In this document: positions 37,093 to 46,773 of the stretch, one piece after another | Layout of the letters: each line of letters starts with the position of its first letter | Position numbering within the stretch: the stretch's first letter is position 1 | Assembly (NCBI GenBank): GCA_963719145.1 | Contig: CAVRAX010000001.1 | Location: 263,708-327,707 of the forward strand | DNA: 64,000 bases | Reading direction: 5' to 3' | DNA from: an uncultured Chloroflexia bacterium | GTDB lineage: Bacteria; Chloroflexota; Limnocylindria; Limnocylindrales; CSP1-4 | Made by a program: the position numbers and the translations under genes | Notes under the pieces: model-generated | Told to the model about the DNA's origin: nothing | Database searches by the model: none | Seen by the model: the letters and a program-made list of their open reading frames with translations, nothing else

Positions 37093-37152
37093 CGGGGACA
37101 AGGGATCTCCGCTCTGGCCGCGGAACGGCCCGACCCGCTACACTCCGGGTGA

Positions 37153-37506
37153 ATGGGTCCACAGGAGCACCTTGGCGCGTTTCCGGGCGGAATGGGGTGC
37201 ACCGTGTGCGACGAGCTCGTCCCATCCGATCGGGTTCGCCTGCTGGCCCGTCGCGACGACCTCCTGTTCCTGCAGGTCGATTGCTCGGCCTGCGGCAGCA
37301 CCTCGCTCGGGTTCCTCGAGGGCGACGGCGCGATCGGAGTCGATGCGGCCGCCGCCGGTCCGGCCATCTCGTCTGACGACGTGCTCGACATGCACGCCCT
37401 CCTCGCCTCGTGGAGCGGAGGCCTGGCGGGCCTCGTCCGCGTTCCCGGGGCCGCCGACGACCGCGCCGGCGACCGCGCCGACCGCCGGACCAGGCCACCC
37501 GCGTGA
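37153..37506 (+). CDS. Hypothetical Zn-ribbon protein (CxxC...CxxC)
   Basis: 117 aa; GCTVCDELVPSDRVRLLARRDDLLFLQVDCSACGS, a zinc-ribbon-like pair of CxxC motifs; divergent from csoR. Confidence 0.4.
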   Translation: MGPQEHLGAFPGGMGCTVCDELVPSDRVRLLARRDDLLFLQVDCSACGSTSLGFLEGDGAIGVDAAAAGPAISSDDVLDMHALLASWSGGLAGLVRVPGAADDRAGDRADRRTRPPA

Positions 37507-37643
37507 CCGACGGGACCGGAGCGGGGCCGGAGACGCCCGGCCAGTCGTCGCCCCCGGCGACGACGGAGATATCAGGCGCGGACCGCGGGCTTGATTCGGG
37601 CGGCCGTCCGTGGCCGACCTTCGCCCACGGGAGCGAGGCCGAG

Positions 37644-38345
37644 ATGGCCCGGATCCTGGACTTCTACGCGGTGCGCTGGGAGTACGAGCCACGCACCTTC
37701 CCGATCCTCTGGAACCTCGAAGGAGATGTCGTCGAGAGCTTCTCGCCGGACTTCTACCTCCCGGACATCGACCTCTTCCTCGAGCTGACGACCCTCCGCC
37801 AGCGTCTCGTCCGGAAGAAGAACCGCAAGCTCCGCCGTATCCGCGAGCTCTACCCGGACATCCGGATCAAGCTCTTCTACGCGCGCGACTTCCGGGCGAT
37901 GATGCTCAAGTACGGCCGCCTGGCGCTCGCCGATTCGCTGTCCGGAACGCTCGGCCAGGTCGTGCCCGACCGCGATGGAACGGGGAGCGTCGCCGCCGAT
38001 GTCGGCGCAGCTCCGGGTTCCGCAGCCCCGGCGGACGTTCCGACGCCGGCGGACGTTCAGACGCCGGCCGACGTTCCGACGCCGACCGGGGCGACGCCGA
38101 CCGGGGCGACGCCGACCGGGGCGACGCCGACCGGGGCGACGCGGGATCTCGGTTCCGGAACCGACGCCGCGGCGCCGGGCGAGAACGGCGGGCCACCGCC
38201 GACCGGCGAACGTGACGGCCGGCGACACGCAGCGCGATCCCGGCGACGCCGGGCCGCGGCGGCCGCCCGCACGGCGGCGCGCCTCGATGGGCCTGCCCCG
38301 GCACCACGAGCGACCGGAGCCAAGCCTGAGCGATCGTCGCGATGA
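37644..38345 (+). CDS. Hypothetical protein with putative PD-(D/E)xK-like N-terminal domain and Pro/Thr-rich tandem-repeat tail
   Basis: ATG at 37644 (MARILDFYAVRWEYEPRTFPILWNLEGDVVESFSPDFYLPDIDLFLELTTLRQRLVRKKNRK). The conserved region may begin ~15 aa upstream. The C-terminus carries 3 copies of ADV(P/Q)TP and 4 copies of TGATP. Confidence 0.45.
   Translation: MARILDFYAVRWEYEPRTFPILWNLEGDVVESFSPDFYLPDIDLFLELTTLRQRLVRKKNRKLRRIRELYPDIRIKLFYARDFRAMMLKYGRLALADSLSGTLGQVVPDRDGTGSVAADVGAAPGSAAPADVPTPADVQTPADVPTPTGATPTGATPTGATPTGATRDLGSGTDAAAPGENGGPPPTGERDGRRHAARSRRRRAAAAARTAARLDGPAPAPRATGAKPERSSR
38031..38144 (+). repeat. In-frame tandem DNA repeats: 3 x 18 bp (GCGGACGTTCCGACGCCG) followed by 4 x 15 bp (ACCGGGGCGACGCCG)
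   Basis: Direct visual alignment of consecutive near-identical units inside the 37644..38345 CDS. Confidence 0.8.
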
Positions 38346-38908
38346 TGACCGGCACCGACATGCAGGCCGACATCGGCGAGATCCTCCTGACCGAGACCCA
38401 GATCCAGGCACGCGTGGCCGAGCTGGGCGCCGAGATCAACCGAGACTACGCCGGCCGCCGCCTGACCCTCGTGAGCGTCCTCAAGGGTTCGTTGCCCTTC
38501 ATGGCCGATCTGATGCGCTCGATCAGGCTGCCTCTCCGGATCGACCTCATGGAGGTCTCCTCCTACGGCGGAGCCACGACCGAGTCGTCCGGTCTCGTCC
38601 GCATCCTCAAGGACCTCTCGACCAGCATCGAGGGCGAGGAAGTCCTCATCTGCGAGGACATCATCGACACCGGCCTCACGTTGAACTACCTGATCCGCTA
38701 CCTCGGCGGGAAGAAGCCGGCCTCCCTCCGGATCTGCACCCTCCTGGACAAGCCGGCCCGCCGCCTCGTCGACATCCCCGTCGACTACACAGGCTTCACG
38801 ATCCCCGACCAGTTCGTCGTCGGCTACGGCCTCGACTACGGCGAGCTGTACCGCAACCTGCGCTTCGTCGGCGTTCTCAAGCCCGAGGTCTACGCGGACC
38901 CCGGATGA
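38342..38908 (+). CDS. hpt: Hypoxanthine-guanine phosphoribosyltransferase
   Basis: LTLVSVLKGSLPFMADLMRSI...VLICEDIIDTGLTLNYLIRYL, a PRPP-binding motif. Confidence 0.9.
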   Translation: MMTGTDMQADIGEILLTETQIQARVAELGAEINRDYAGRRLTLVSVLKGSLPFMADLMRSIRLPLRIDLMEVSSYGGATTESSGLVRILKDLSTSIEGEEVLICEDIIDTGLTLNYLIRYLGGKKPASLRICTLLDKPARRLVDIPVDYTGFTIPDQFVVGYGLDYGELYRNLRFVGVLKPEVYADPG

Positions 38909-39345
38909 CGATGCATCGGCGCCCGCTCGGCCGGGCCCGCCTCCTGGCCGCCCTGGCGGCCATCGTCGTGGTGGCCGGCTGCGTCCTGCCGTGGTGGTCC
39001 GTGGGTGGCACGGAGGGCCTCCCCGCGTTCGGCGGGAACGCCTTCGATGGCTTCGGCATCATGGTCTTCGTCGTCGCCCTGGCCACGATCGCCCTTGTGA
39101 CCCTGCCGTACGCGACGGATCGCCCGGTCACCGCGGATCGCTGGCCGGCCTACGCAATCCTTGCGGCACTGGGCTGGATCGGATTCGCGCTTCGGATCAT
39201 CGAGCTGATCTCGCTCCGGGCCTTCCTCTTCGACCAACCGACCGATGTCTTCACCCGGGGGCCGGGCCTGTGGGTCACCGGGATCGGGCTCGCGATGCTC
39301 GCTCGCGCCGCGTACGACCTGTGGCGGGCGCCGGACGGGCGGTAG
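38905..39345 (+). CDS. Hypothetical membrane protein
   Basis: ATG at 38905 overlapping the hpt stop (ATGA); MTMHRRPLGRARLLAALAAIVVVAGC...; 4 predicted TM helices. Confidence 0.45.
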   Translation: MTMHRRPLGRARLLAALAAIVVVAGCVLPWWSVGGTEGLPAFGGNAFDGFGIMVFVVALATIALVTLPYATDRPVTADRWPAYAILAALGWIGFALRIIELISLRAFLFDQPTDVFTRGPGLWVTGIGLAMLARAAYDLWRAPDGR

Positions 39346-39363
39346 GCACCTGCCCGGATCCGG

Positions 39364-40074
39364 CTACGGCCGCGGCGATGCGATCGCCGGCTCGCCCTGC
39401 TGCTTGACGATCGTCTCGGCCAGGCCGCAGTAGCGGGAGCTGGAGGTCTCAACGAGGCTGTCGTCGAGGCCGAACGGAATCACCACCTCGACCGGCGAGA
39501 GGTCGACCGGGCCCGCCGAGGCGCCGGCCACGATGGGCTCGACGGACGCGTCAAGGCGCCACTCCCCGGGGGCGTAGTCGCAGCGGACCTCGCCGCGTCG
39601 GAGGTCGACCACCAGCTCGACCGGTCGGTCGGCGCGGAGGATCGGCTGGCCGATCGAGGTCGTCGCCAGCTGCGCAGCAAGTTCCAGGCCGAGGTCGGGC
39701 TCACCCCAGCAGGGAATGCTGAGGCCGGCGTCGTCTGGCGCCGAATACGGGCCCACGAGGCAGGCGGTGGGGCCCCTCGCGAGCTCGACGTCGACGTCGC
39801 TCGACAGCCGGACCGTGAGGCGCAGCCCATCGACGATTCGGACGCGGACGAGTCGAACCTCGTTGCCGATGCCGAAGTCCGCAATCGCCCGGCCGGCGAG
39901 CAGGGAGCTGTCATCGACGGTCACGGTCACCGCGATCGCCGAGGCCAGGTCGCGGGCCGCCATGCGCACATCGTCCGGCGATCGTGGACGGGTCAAGGCC
40001 CACCCGGCGAGCAGAATCGCTGTCCCAGCGGCGAGAACGATGACGGCGGCGAAGCGTCGCCCCGGGCGGTTCAC
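39364..40074 (-). CDS. Hypothetical membrane-anchored/secreted protein
   Basis: 236 aa; N-terminal TM anchor (RRFAAVIVLAAGTAILLAGWAL); four Cys; no family recognised. Confidence 0.4.
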   Translation of the reverse strand: MNRPGRRFAAVIVLAAGTAILLAGWALTRPRSPDDVRMAARDLASAIAVTVTVDDSSLLAGRAIADFGIGNEVRLVRVRIVDGLRLTVRLSSDVDVELARGPTACLVGPYSAPDDAGLSIPCWGEPDLGLELAAQLATTSIGQPILRADRPVELVVDLRRGEVRCDYAPGEWRLDASVEPIVAGASAGPVDLSPVEVVIPFGLDDSLVETSSSRYCGLAETIVKQQGEPAIASPRP

Positions 40075-40077
40075 CGG

Positions 40078-40791
40078 TCAGGCGATGCCGAGATAGACCT
40101 TCTGGACGTTCGGGTCCTCGCGGAGCGCGGCGGCGGTGTCCGTCATCACGATCGCGCCGGTTTCGATGACGTAGGCCCGGTCGGCGATCCGGAGCGCCAT
40201 CCGGGCGTTCTGCTCGACGAGCAGGATCGTGGTCCCGGCAGCATGCAGCCGCTCGATCGTTTCGAAGATCGAGTCGACGAGCACCGGTGCGAGGCCCATC
40301 GACGGCTCATCGAGCAGGAGGATCCGCGGCTGGGACATCAGCGCCCGGGCGATCGCGAGCATCTGCTGCTCCCCCCCGCTCAGCGTTCCCGCAACCTGGC
40401 TGCGGCGTTCTTGGAGGCGGGGGAACATCTGGTAGGCCCGATCGATGCCGGCCCGGATCCCTGCCGGGTCCTTGACGGTGTACCCGCCCATCTTGAGGTT
40501 CTCATCGACCGTCAGGCGGGCGAACATCCGCCGACCCTCGGGGACCTGGACCACGCCGCGCATGACGATGCTGTGCGGCGAATCGTGGGTGACGTCCTCG
40601 CCGGCCAGCCGAACCGTCCCCGAGCGGGCCCGCACGATTCCGCTGATGGTGTTGAGCGTCGTCGTCTTGCCGGCGCCGTTCGAGCCGATCAGGGTCACGA
40701 TCTCGCCCTCGTCGACCGACAGGGAGATCCCCTTGAGCGCGTGGATGCTGCCGTAGTAGGTGTGGAGCCCCTCGACCTCGAGAATCGCCAT
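40078..40791 (-). CDS. livF: Branched-chain amino acid ABC transporter ATP-binding protein
   Basis: 237 aa from MAILEVEGLHTYYG; Walker A GSNGAGKTT, signature LSGGEQQMLAIARAL, Walker B LLLDEPS. Confidence 0.9.
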   Translation of the reverse strand: MAILEVEGLHTYYGSIHALKGISLSVDEGEIVTLIGSNGAGKTTTLNTISGIVRARSGTVRLAGEDVTHDSPHSIVMRGVVQVPEGRRMFARLTVDENLKMGGYTVKDPAGIRAGIDRAYQMFPRLQERRSQVAGTLSGGEQQMLAIARALMSQPRILLLDEPSMGLAPVLVDSIFETIERLHAAGTTILLVEQNARMALRIADRAYVIETGAIVMTDTAAALREDPNVQKVYLGIA

Positions 40792-40796
40792 CGGCT

Positions 40797-41648
40797 TCAG
40801 CCCGCGCTCGCCGAGGCGCTCGACGGCCCGGCGTCGTGATCGCCCGCCTCGCGCTGACGGCCCGCATCGGTGGCATCGTCGGCGCCGCCGCCGCGGCCGA
40901 GGTAGGCCTCGATGACCTTCTCGTTGGTCTGGATCTCGCGGGGTGTGCCCTCGGCGATCTTCTCGCCGTAGTCGAGGACCGTGATCCGTTCCGAGATTCC
41001 CATCACGACCCGCATCTGATGCTCGATCAGCAGGATCGTGATGCCGAGATCGTCGCGCAGCGACTTGATGAAGGTGGTCAGCTGGGCCGTCTCGACGGGG
41101 TTCATCCCCGCCGTCGGCTCGTCGAGCAGGAGCAGCTTCGGCCGGTTGGCGAGCGCCCGGGCGATCTCGAGCCTGCGCTGGTCCCCGTACGGGAGCTTGT
41201 CGGCCTCGGCGTCGCCCTTGCCCTGCAGGCCGACGAAGCGCAGCAAGCGCCCGGCCTCCTCGTGGACCGAGTCCTCCTCGGCGCGGACGCCCGGCGTGTT
41301 GAGGATGGCGCCGATCCAGCTGGCGTGCATCAAGTGGTGCTCGCCGACCATGATGTTCTCGATCGCGGTCATCTTCGCGAAGAGGCGGATGTTCTGGTAC
41401 GTGCGGGCGATCCCGAGATGGGCGATCTTGTCGCGCCGGAGCCCCTGGATCGGCGTGCCGTCGAAGATGATGCGGCCCTCTTCCGGGTGGTAGAAGCCGG
41501 CGATGCAGTTGAAGAAGGTCGTCTTTCCTGCGCCGTTCGGGCCGATGACGCTGACGATCGAGCCTTCTTCGACGGTGAAGTCGAGCGCCCGGACGGCGCT
41601 GAGGCCCCCGAACCGCTTCGTCACCTGGCTGGCGACCAAGAGGCTCAC
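40797..41648 (-). CDS. livG: Branched-chain amino acid ABC transporter ATP-binding protein
   Basis: Walker A GPNGAGKTTFFN; LivG-type insertion. Likely GTG start at 41646-41648, overlapping the livM stop; the track ORF extends to 41684. Confidence 0.9.
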   Translation of the reverse strand: MSLLVASQVTKRFGGLSAVRALDFTVEEGSIVSVIGPNGAGKTTFFNCIAGFYHPEEGRIIFDGTPIQGLRRDKIAHLGIARTYQNIRLFAKMTAIENIMVGEHHLMHASWIGAILNTPGVRAEEDSVHEEAGRLLRFVGLQGKGDAEADKLPYGDQRRLEIARALANRPKLLLLDEPTAGMNPVETAQLTTFIKSLRDDLGITILLIEHQMRVVMGISERITVLDYGEKIAEGTPREIQTNEKVIEAYLGRGGGADDATDAGRQREAGDHDAGPSSASASAG

Positions 41649-43389
41649 GGGCGGCCCCCCGGCGCCGGCGGCGCCTGTTCCCACGCCGCTGCGACCGCTC
41701 CGAGGCCGGGCTCGACGTTCGCCTCGACGTGCAGCTCACGCTGGGTGATCCGGGATGGCAGCAGGCCCTCCGGCCGGAAGATCATCATCGCGATCAGAGC
41801 GATCCCGTAGAAGAGGTAGCGGTACTCGGAGAACTCCCGGAACGCCTCGGGGATGCCGATCAGGAAGATCGCGCCGACGACGACGCCGGGGATGCTGCCC
41901 ATCCCGCCGACGATGATCAGCGCCGCCACGTTGATCGAGACGATCAGCTGGATGCTGCTCGGGAACATCGATCCCAGCAGGGCCGCGAAGATGGCGCCGC
42001 CCAGCCCGGCGAACGCCGCGCCGAGCATGTACGCGAGGAGCTTTGTCCGGACCAGGTTGACGCCCAGTGCCTCCGCGACGTCCTCGTCCTCGCGGATCGC
42101 GAGCCAGGCTCGCCCGAGGCGTGACGCCCGCAGGCGAACGGCAACGAAGGCCACGACCGCGGCCGCAGCCAGGGCTATGTAGTAGATCTGGAGCGGTCCG
42201 GCCAGGAAGCTGTCTGGCGCCACCTCCACCGGCTTGGGGATGTTGATGATCCCGCGCGGCCCGCCCAGCAATGGCTTCATCAGGTCGGAGCCGACGAGGA
42301 GGCGGATGATCTCGCCGAATCCGAGCGTGGCGATCGCGAGATAATCCCCGCGGATCCCGAGAATCGGCAACCCGAAGAAGGCGCCGAAGGCCATCGCCAG
42401 GATCACCGCGAACGGGACAGCGGCCCAGAACGGCCACTGTGCGATCCCGTACTCCGCGGTCGAGGTCAACAGGCCGACGGTATAGGCCCCGACGGCGAAG
42501 AAGGCGACGAACCCGAGGTCGAGCAGGCCGGCGAGCCCGAGCGTGATGTTCAGGCCAAGGCCCATCAGCACGTACAGGGCCACGACCGCGACGACCTGGG
42601 CGAAGAACGATCCGACGCCCTGCGGCAGCCAGAGCACGAACGCCAGCCCGATCAGGATCGCGATCGGCCGCAGGGTTCGCCGTCGCTCGGGGGTCAGCGC
42701 ACCGATCCGGGCCTGGGTACCGACGGCCTGCCGGAGCAGTCGGCCCGCGAGCACCACGACGACCGTGACGACGGCCCCGATCGGGGTCAGGCCCGACTCG
42801 GCGAACAGCAATCGGCCGAGGCCCGCCGTGAGCGGACTGGCCAGGAGGGGTGGCCGAAGGAGCCCGGCGAACAGGCCGAGCATCAAGAGGAAGCTCAGCA
42901 CGGCCGAGATCGGCGCCCGGAAACGCGTCGGGGCGGCCATCAGGAGGCCCGTCAGCCCCCCGACCAGGCCGAGCGCGAGGATCGGGACCCAGATCGCCCA
43001 CGGCCCCATGCCGATCGAGACGACATCGAACGTGATGGGCGCGGCGTGCAGGAAGACGGCTCGCAGGTTGACGAGGTTCGAAAGCACCATGAGCGCCGCC
43101 AGCAGGCAACCGGTCAGGGCCCCTGCGAGCGCACCCGAGAGGGCCGCGAGGCGACTGCCGAGCGCCTCATCACGGGCCGCGAGGAAGCCCGCACCGACGC
43201 CGGTCAGCACCAGCGCGGTCTGGCCGAGGCTGATGACGTCGGTGATCAGTGCCCGGGGGCTGAACACCTCGACGATGCCGACCAGGCACAGGTAGACGGC
43301 CACGATCCCGGCCAGCAGGCCGATGCGGGCGGTCCGTCCCCAGTCCAGCGTTGTGGGGCTGGTCATGGCGGTGGCCTCGGCGGTGCCGG

Positions 43390-43393
<4 letters not shown>
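41645..43393 (-). CDS. livM: Branched-chain amino acid ABC transporter permease (long N-terminal extension)
   Basis: 582 aa from MTGTAEATAM (ATG rc at 43391-43393, overlapping the livH stop); LivM core LGFVAFFAVGAYTVGLLTS...GGPRGIINIP. Confidence 0.9.
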
Positions 43394-44466
<1,073 letters not shown>

Positions 44467-44506
44467 CAGCTGCCCTCACTGCTTGCCGTCAACAGTGCGA
44501 GGTATT

Positions 44507-44538
44507 GAGCGAGCCGGGCGGCGACGCCCGGCTCGCTC
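44507..44538 (-). promoter_or_regulatory. Intercistronic perfect hairpin between livJ and livH (possible attenuator or partial terminator)
   Basis: GAGCGAGCCGGGCG-GCGA-CGCCCGGCTCGCTC, a 14-bp perfect stem with a 4-nt loop, 64 nt downstream of the livJ stop. No U-tract, as is common in high-GC genomes. Confidence 0.4.
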
Positions 44539-44601
44539 CGTCCGGTCAGCGATCCGTCGGGACGCTGTGCCAGGAACGACTGGTTCGGCTCGGTCCGGCG
44601 A

Positions 44602-45831
44602 CTACTTCGGCCAGACCGGCGCCTCCGGTGGCCACTGGCCGCCGGTCTCGCGTGAGGTGATCTGGTACATCGCGATGAGCGGGGCCCCACAGTCGCCCGT
44701 CGGGCTGCACGACAGCACGCCGGTGATCCCCTGGAAGTCCTTCGTCGCGAAGACCGCGTCGCGGAGTGCCTGCTTGGGAATGTAGAGCGTGCCGTCACTG
44801 GTCTTGACGGCGACCTTCTCGATCGCCGCCATGAGGATGTTCGTGGCGTCGTAGGCATGGGCATGGAAGGCAGAGATCGGGGCCTTGCCGACCTTGGCCT
44901 GGTACTTGGTGAGGAAGTCCGCGTAGCCGGCCTGGAAGGCCGAGAAGTTCGGGCTTGACAGGTAGTTGCCCTCGGCCGCCGACCCGGCGGCGTTGACGAA
45001 GTCCGGGGTGAACATGCCGTCGGAGCCGATCATGACGACGTTCTCGAGGCCCGGCACATCCTTGTGCTGGGCCCACAGGAACCCGCCCTCGGCCACGAAC
45101 ACCGGGTCGTAGATGACCTCGGGCTTGGCCGCGGCGACCGTGGTCAGGACTGGCTTCATGTCGGTCTGGCCCTTCGACACGGCTTCCTGGGCGACGATCG
45201 TGCCACCGAGCGCCGTGAAGTCGTCGGCGAAGACCTGCTGGAGGGCCTCGGCGTAGGCGCTGCCGTCGTGGATCGTGGCTGCCTTGGTCAGCCCGAGCTC
45301 CGTGTAGACGAAGTCCGCGACCGCCTTGCCCTGGAAGGCATCGCTGTGGGCGGTTCGGGCGTACCCGGCGTACGTCGCGTCTCGATCGGGCGCGGTGAGG
45401 GCCGGTCGCGTGTTCGACGGCGAGATCGTCGTCAGCCCGGCCTGCGTGAGCGCCGCGATGCCGCCGACGGTCTCATCCGAGCAGCTCGACCCGACGAGCC
45501 CGACGATCGTGTTGTCGGCCGCCATCTTCGCGGCCGCCGCCGCCCCGCCGTCGACGGTGCAGAGGCCGTCCTCGGTCGTGAGGTTGATGTCATGGTCAAG
45601 GAGCTTGCCGCCCTTGTCGTCGACGGCGATCTGGGCGCCATACAGGGAGTCCTGGCCGAGCGAGGCATCGGCGCCCGAGAGCACGCCCCAGAACGCGATG
45701 TGGATCTTCTCGCCCGATGGGATGGTGATGACGCCGAGCGCGTCGGGCGGCGCGGTCGTACCTGAACCGCTACACGCGGAAAAGGCGAGCACCGCGATCG
45801 CGGCGAGCGCGCCAACCTTTGTGAGCTTCAT
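44602..45831 (-). CDS. livJ: Branched-chain amino acid ABC transporter substrate-binding lipoprotein
   Basis: 409 aa; lipoprotein signal MKLTKVGALAAIAVLAFSAC; periplasmic binding protein type I (LivJ/LivK-like). Confidence 0.9.
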   Translation of the reverse strand: MKLTKVGALAAIAVLAFSACSGSGTTAPPDALGVITIPSGEKIHIAFWGVLSGADASLGQDSLYGAQIAVDDKGGKLLDHDINLTTEDGLCTVDGGAAAAAKMAADNTIVGLVGSSCSDETVGGIAALTQAGLTTISPSNTRPALTAPDRDATYAGYARTAHSDAFQGKAVADFVYTELGLTKAATIHDGSAYAEALQQVFADDFTALGGTIVAQEAVSKGQTDMKPVLTTVAAAKPEVIYDPVFVAEGGFLWAQHKDVPGLENVVMIGSDGMFTPDFVNAAGSAAEGNYLSSPNFSAFQAGYADFLTKYQAKVGKAPISAFHAHAYDATNILMAAIEKVAVKTSDGTLYIPKQALRDAVFATKDFQGITGVLSCSPTGDCGAPLIAMYQITSRETGGQWPPEAPVWPK

Positions 45832-46250
45832 GCAGTCTCCTCCTCAGAACCGATCGCCCCGGGATCTCCCGGCGCGATCCCCGGTCGGCCAGCCGACGCC
45901 CCGGCCCGAGGCCGGGACCGGCGAGGCGACCTCGCGCCCGTTCCGGGTCGGGGACCCCGACCACCCGGCTCCAGACGAAGGCGGGCAGGTTCGGGGGACG
46001 CGGAGGTGGTGCGCGACGGTGGACGACTCCGGACCGGTTTCGGGCGGCGCGCAGGTTGCCGCCGAAGCGATGACGTATGATAGGGCTCGGCGCACCGATT
46101 GCAACACCGGTTGGCGCGACCCGGGACGGTTCATCGAACGTGTGTCGTTCGCGTCCCCTGCGGTCAGCGGCAACGGAAGCGACCCCGGTCGGCCCCGGTC
46201 GGGGCGGTCGCATCGAGCTGGCGCCACCCGATCGAGGTACCAGCGGCGGC

Positions 46251-46718
46251 GTGGAATACACGGTCCGAGCAGCCCGGATCACGGACATCGACAAGCTCGT
46301 CGCGCTGAGCGGCGAGCGGATCGGCGGCCGTGGTGCCCGGACGGCGCTCGACGCCGCGGACCTGCTCCGTCAGCTGGTCTACCTCCCCCACGCGAGCGTC
46401 CTCGTCGCGGAACGGCGACGGGAGATCGTGGGCGGCGCGATCCTCGCGATCCGCCCCTCGGTTCGGTCCGGCGGCTACGTCGGCACGATCGATCTCCTCG
46501 TCGTTGCCCCGAACATGAACGCGGACGAGGTCACGGAGTCCCTCCTCGAGGAGGCTCTCCGGTCGGCGGCCAACAAGGGCTGCGCGTCCGTCGAGGCGCC
46601 GCGGCCGGACGATCCCATCGAGCGGGCCCGATGGGAGCGCCAGGGATTCGACGAGCTCGGCCCGCTCATGGGACGCACGCTGGCGCCGGCCGGGGCCGGC
46701 GCGCGGCGGTCCCGTTGA
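46251..46718 (+). CDS. GNAT family N-acetyltransferase
   Basis: GTG start at 46251 (VEYTVRAARITDIDKLVAL...GGYVGTIDLLVVAPNMNADEVTESLLEEALRSAANKGCASV...ERARWERQGF), a GNAT fold signature. The upstream part of track ORF 46077 is unlikely to be coding. Confidence 0.6.
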   Translation: MEYTVRAARITDIDKLVALSGERIGGRGARTALDAADLLRQLVYLPHASVLVAERRREIVGGAILAIRPSVRSGGYVGTIDLLVVAPNMNADEVTESLLEEALRSAANKGCASVEAPRPDDPIERARWERQGFDELGPLMGRTLAPAGAGARRSR

Positions 46719-46773
46719 ACGTACGCGCCGTCCGGTCACTCGGACACCGCGTCCCCAAGGAATAGGAGACCCA

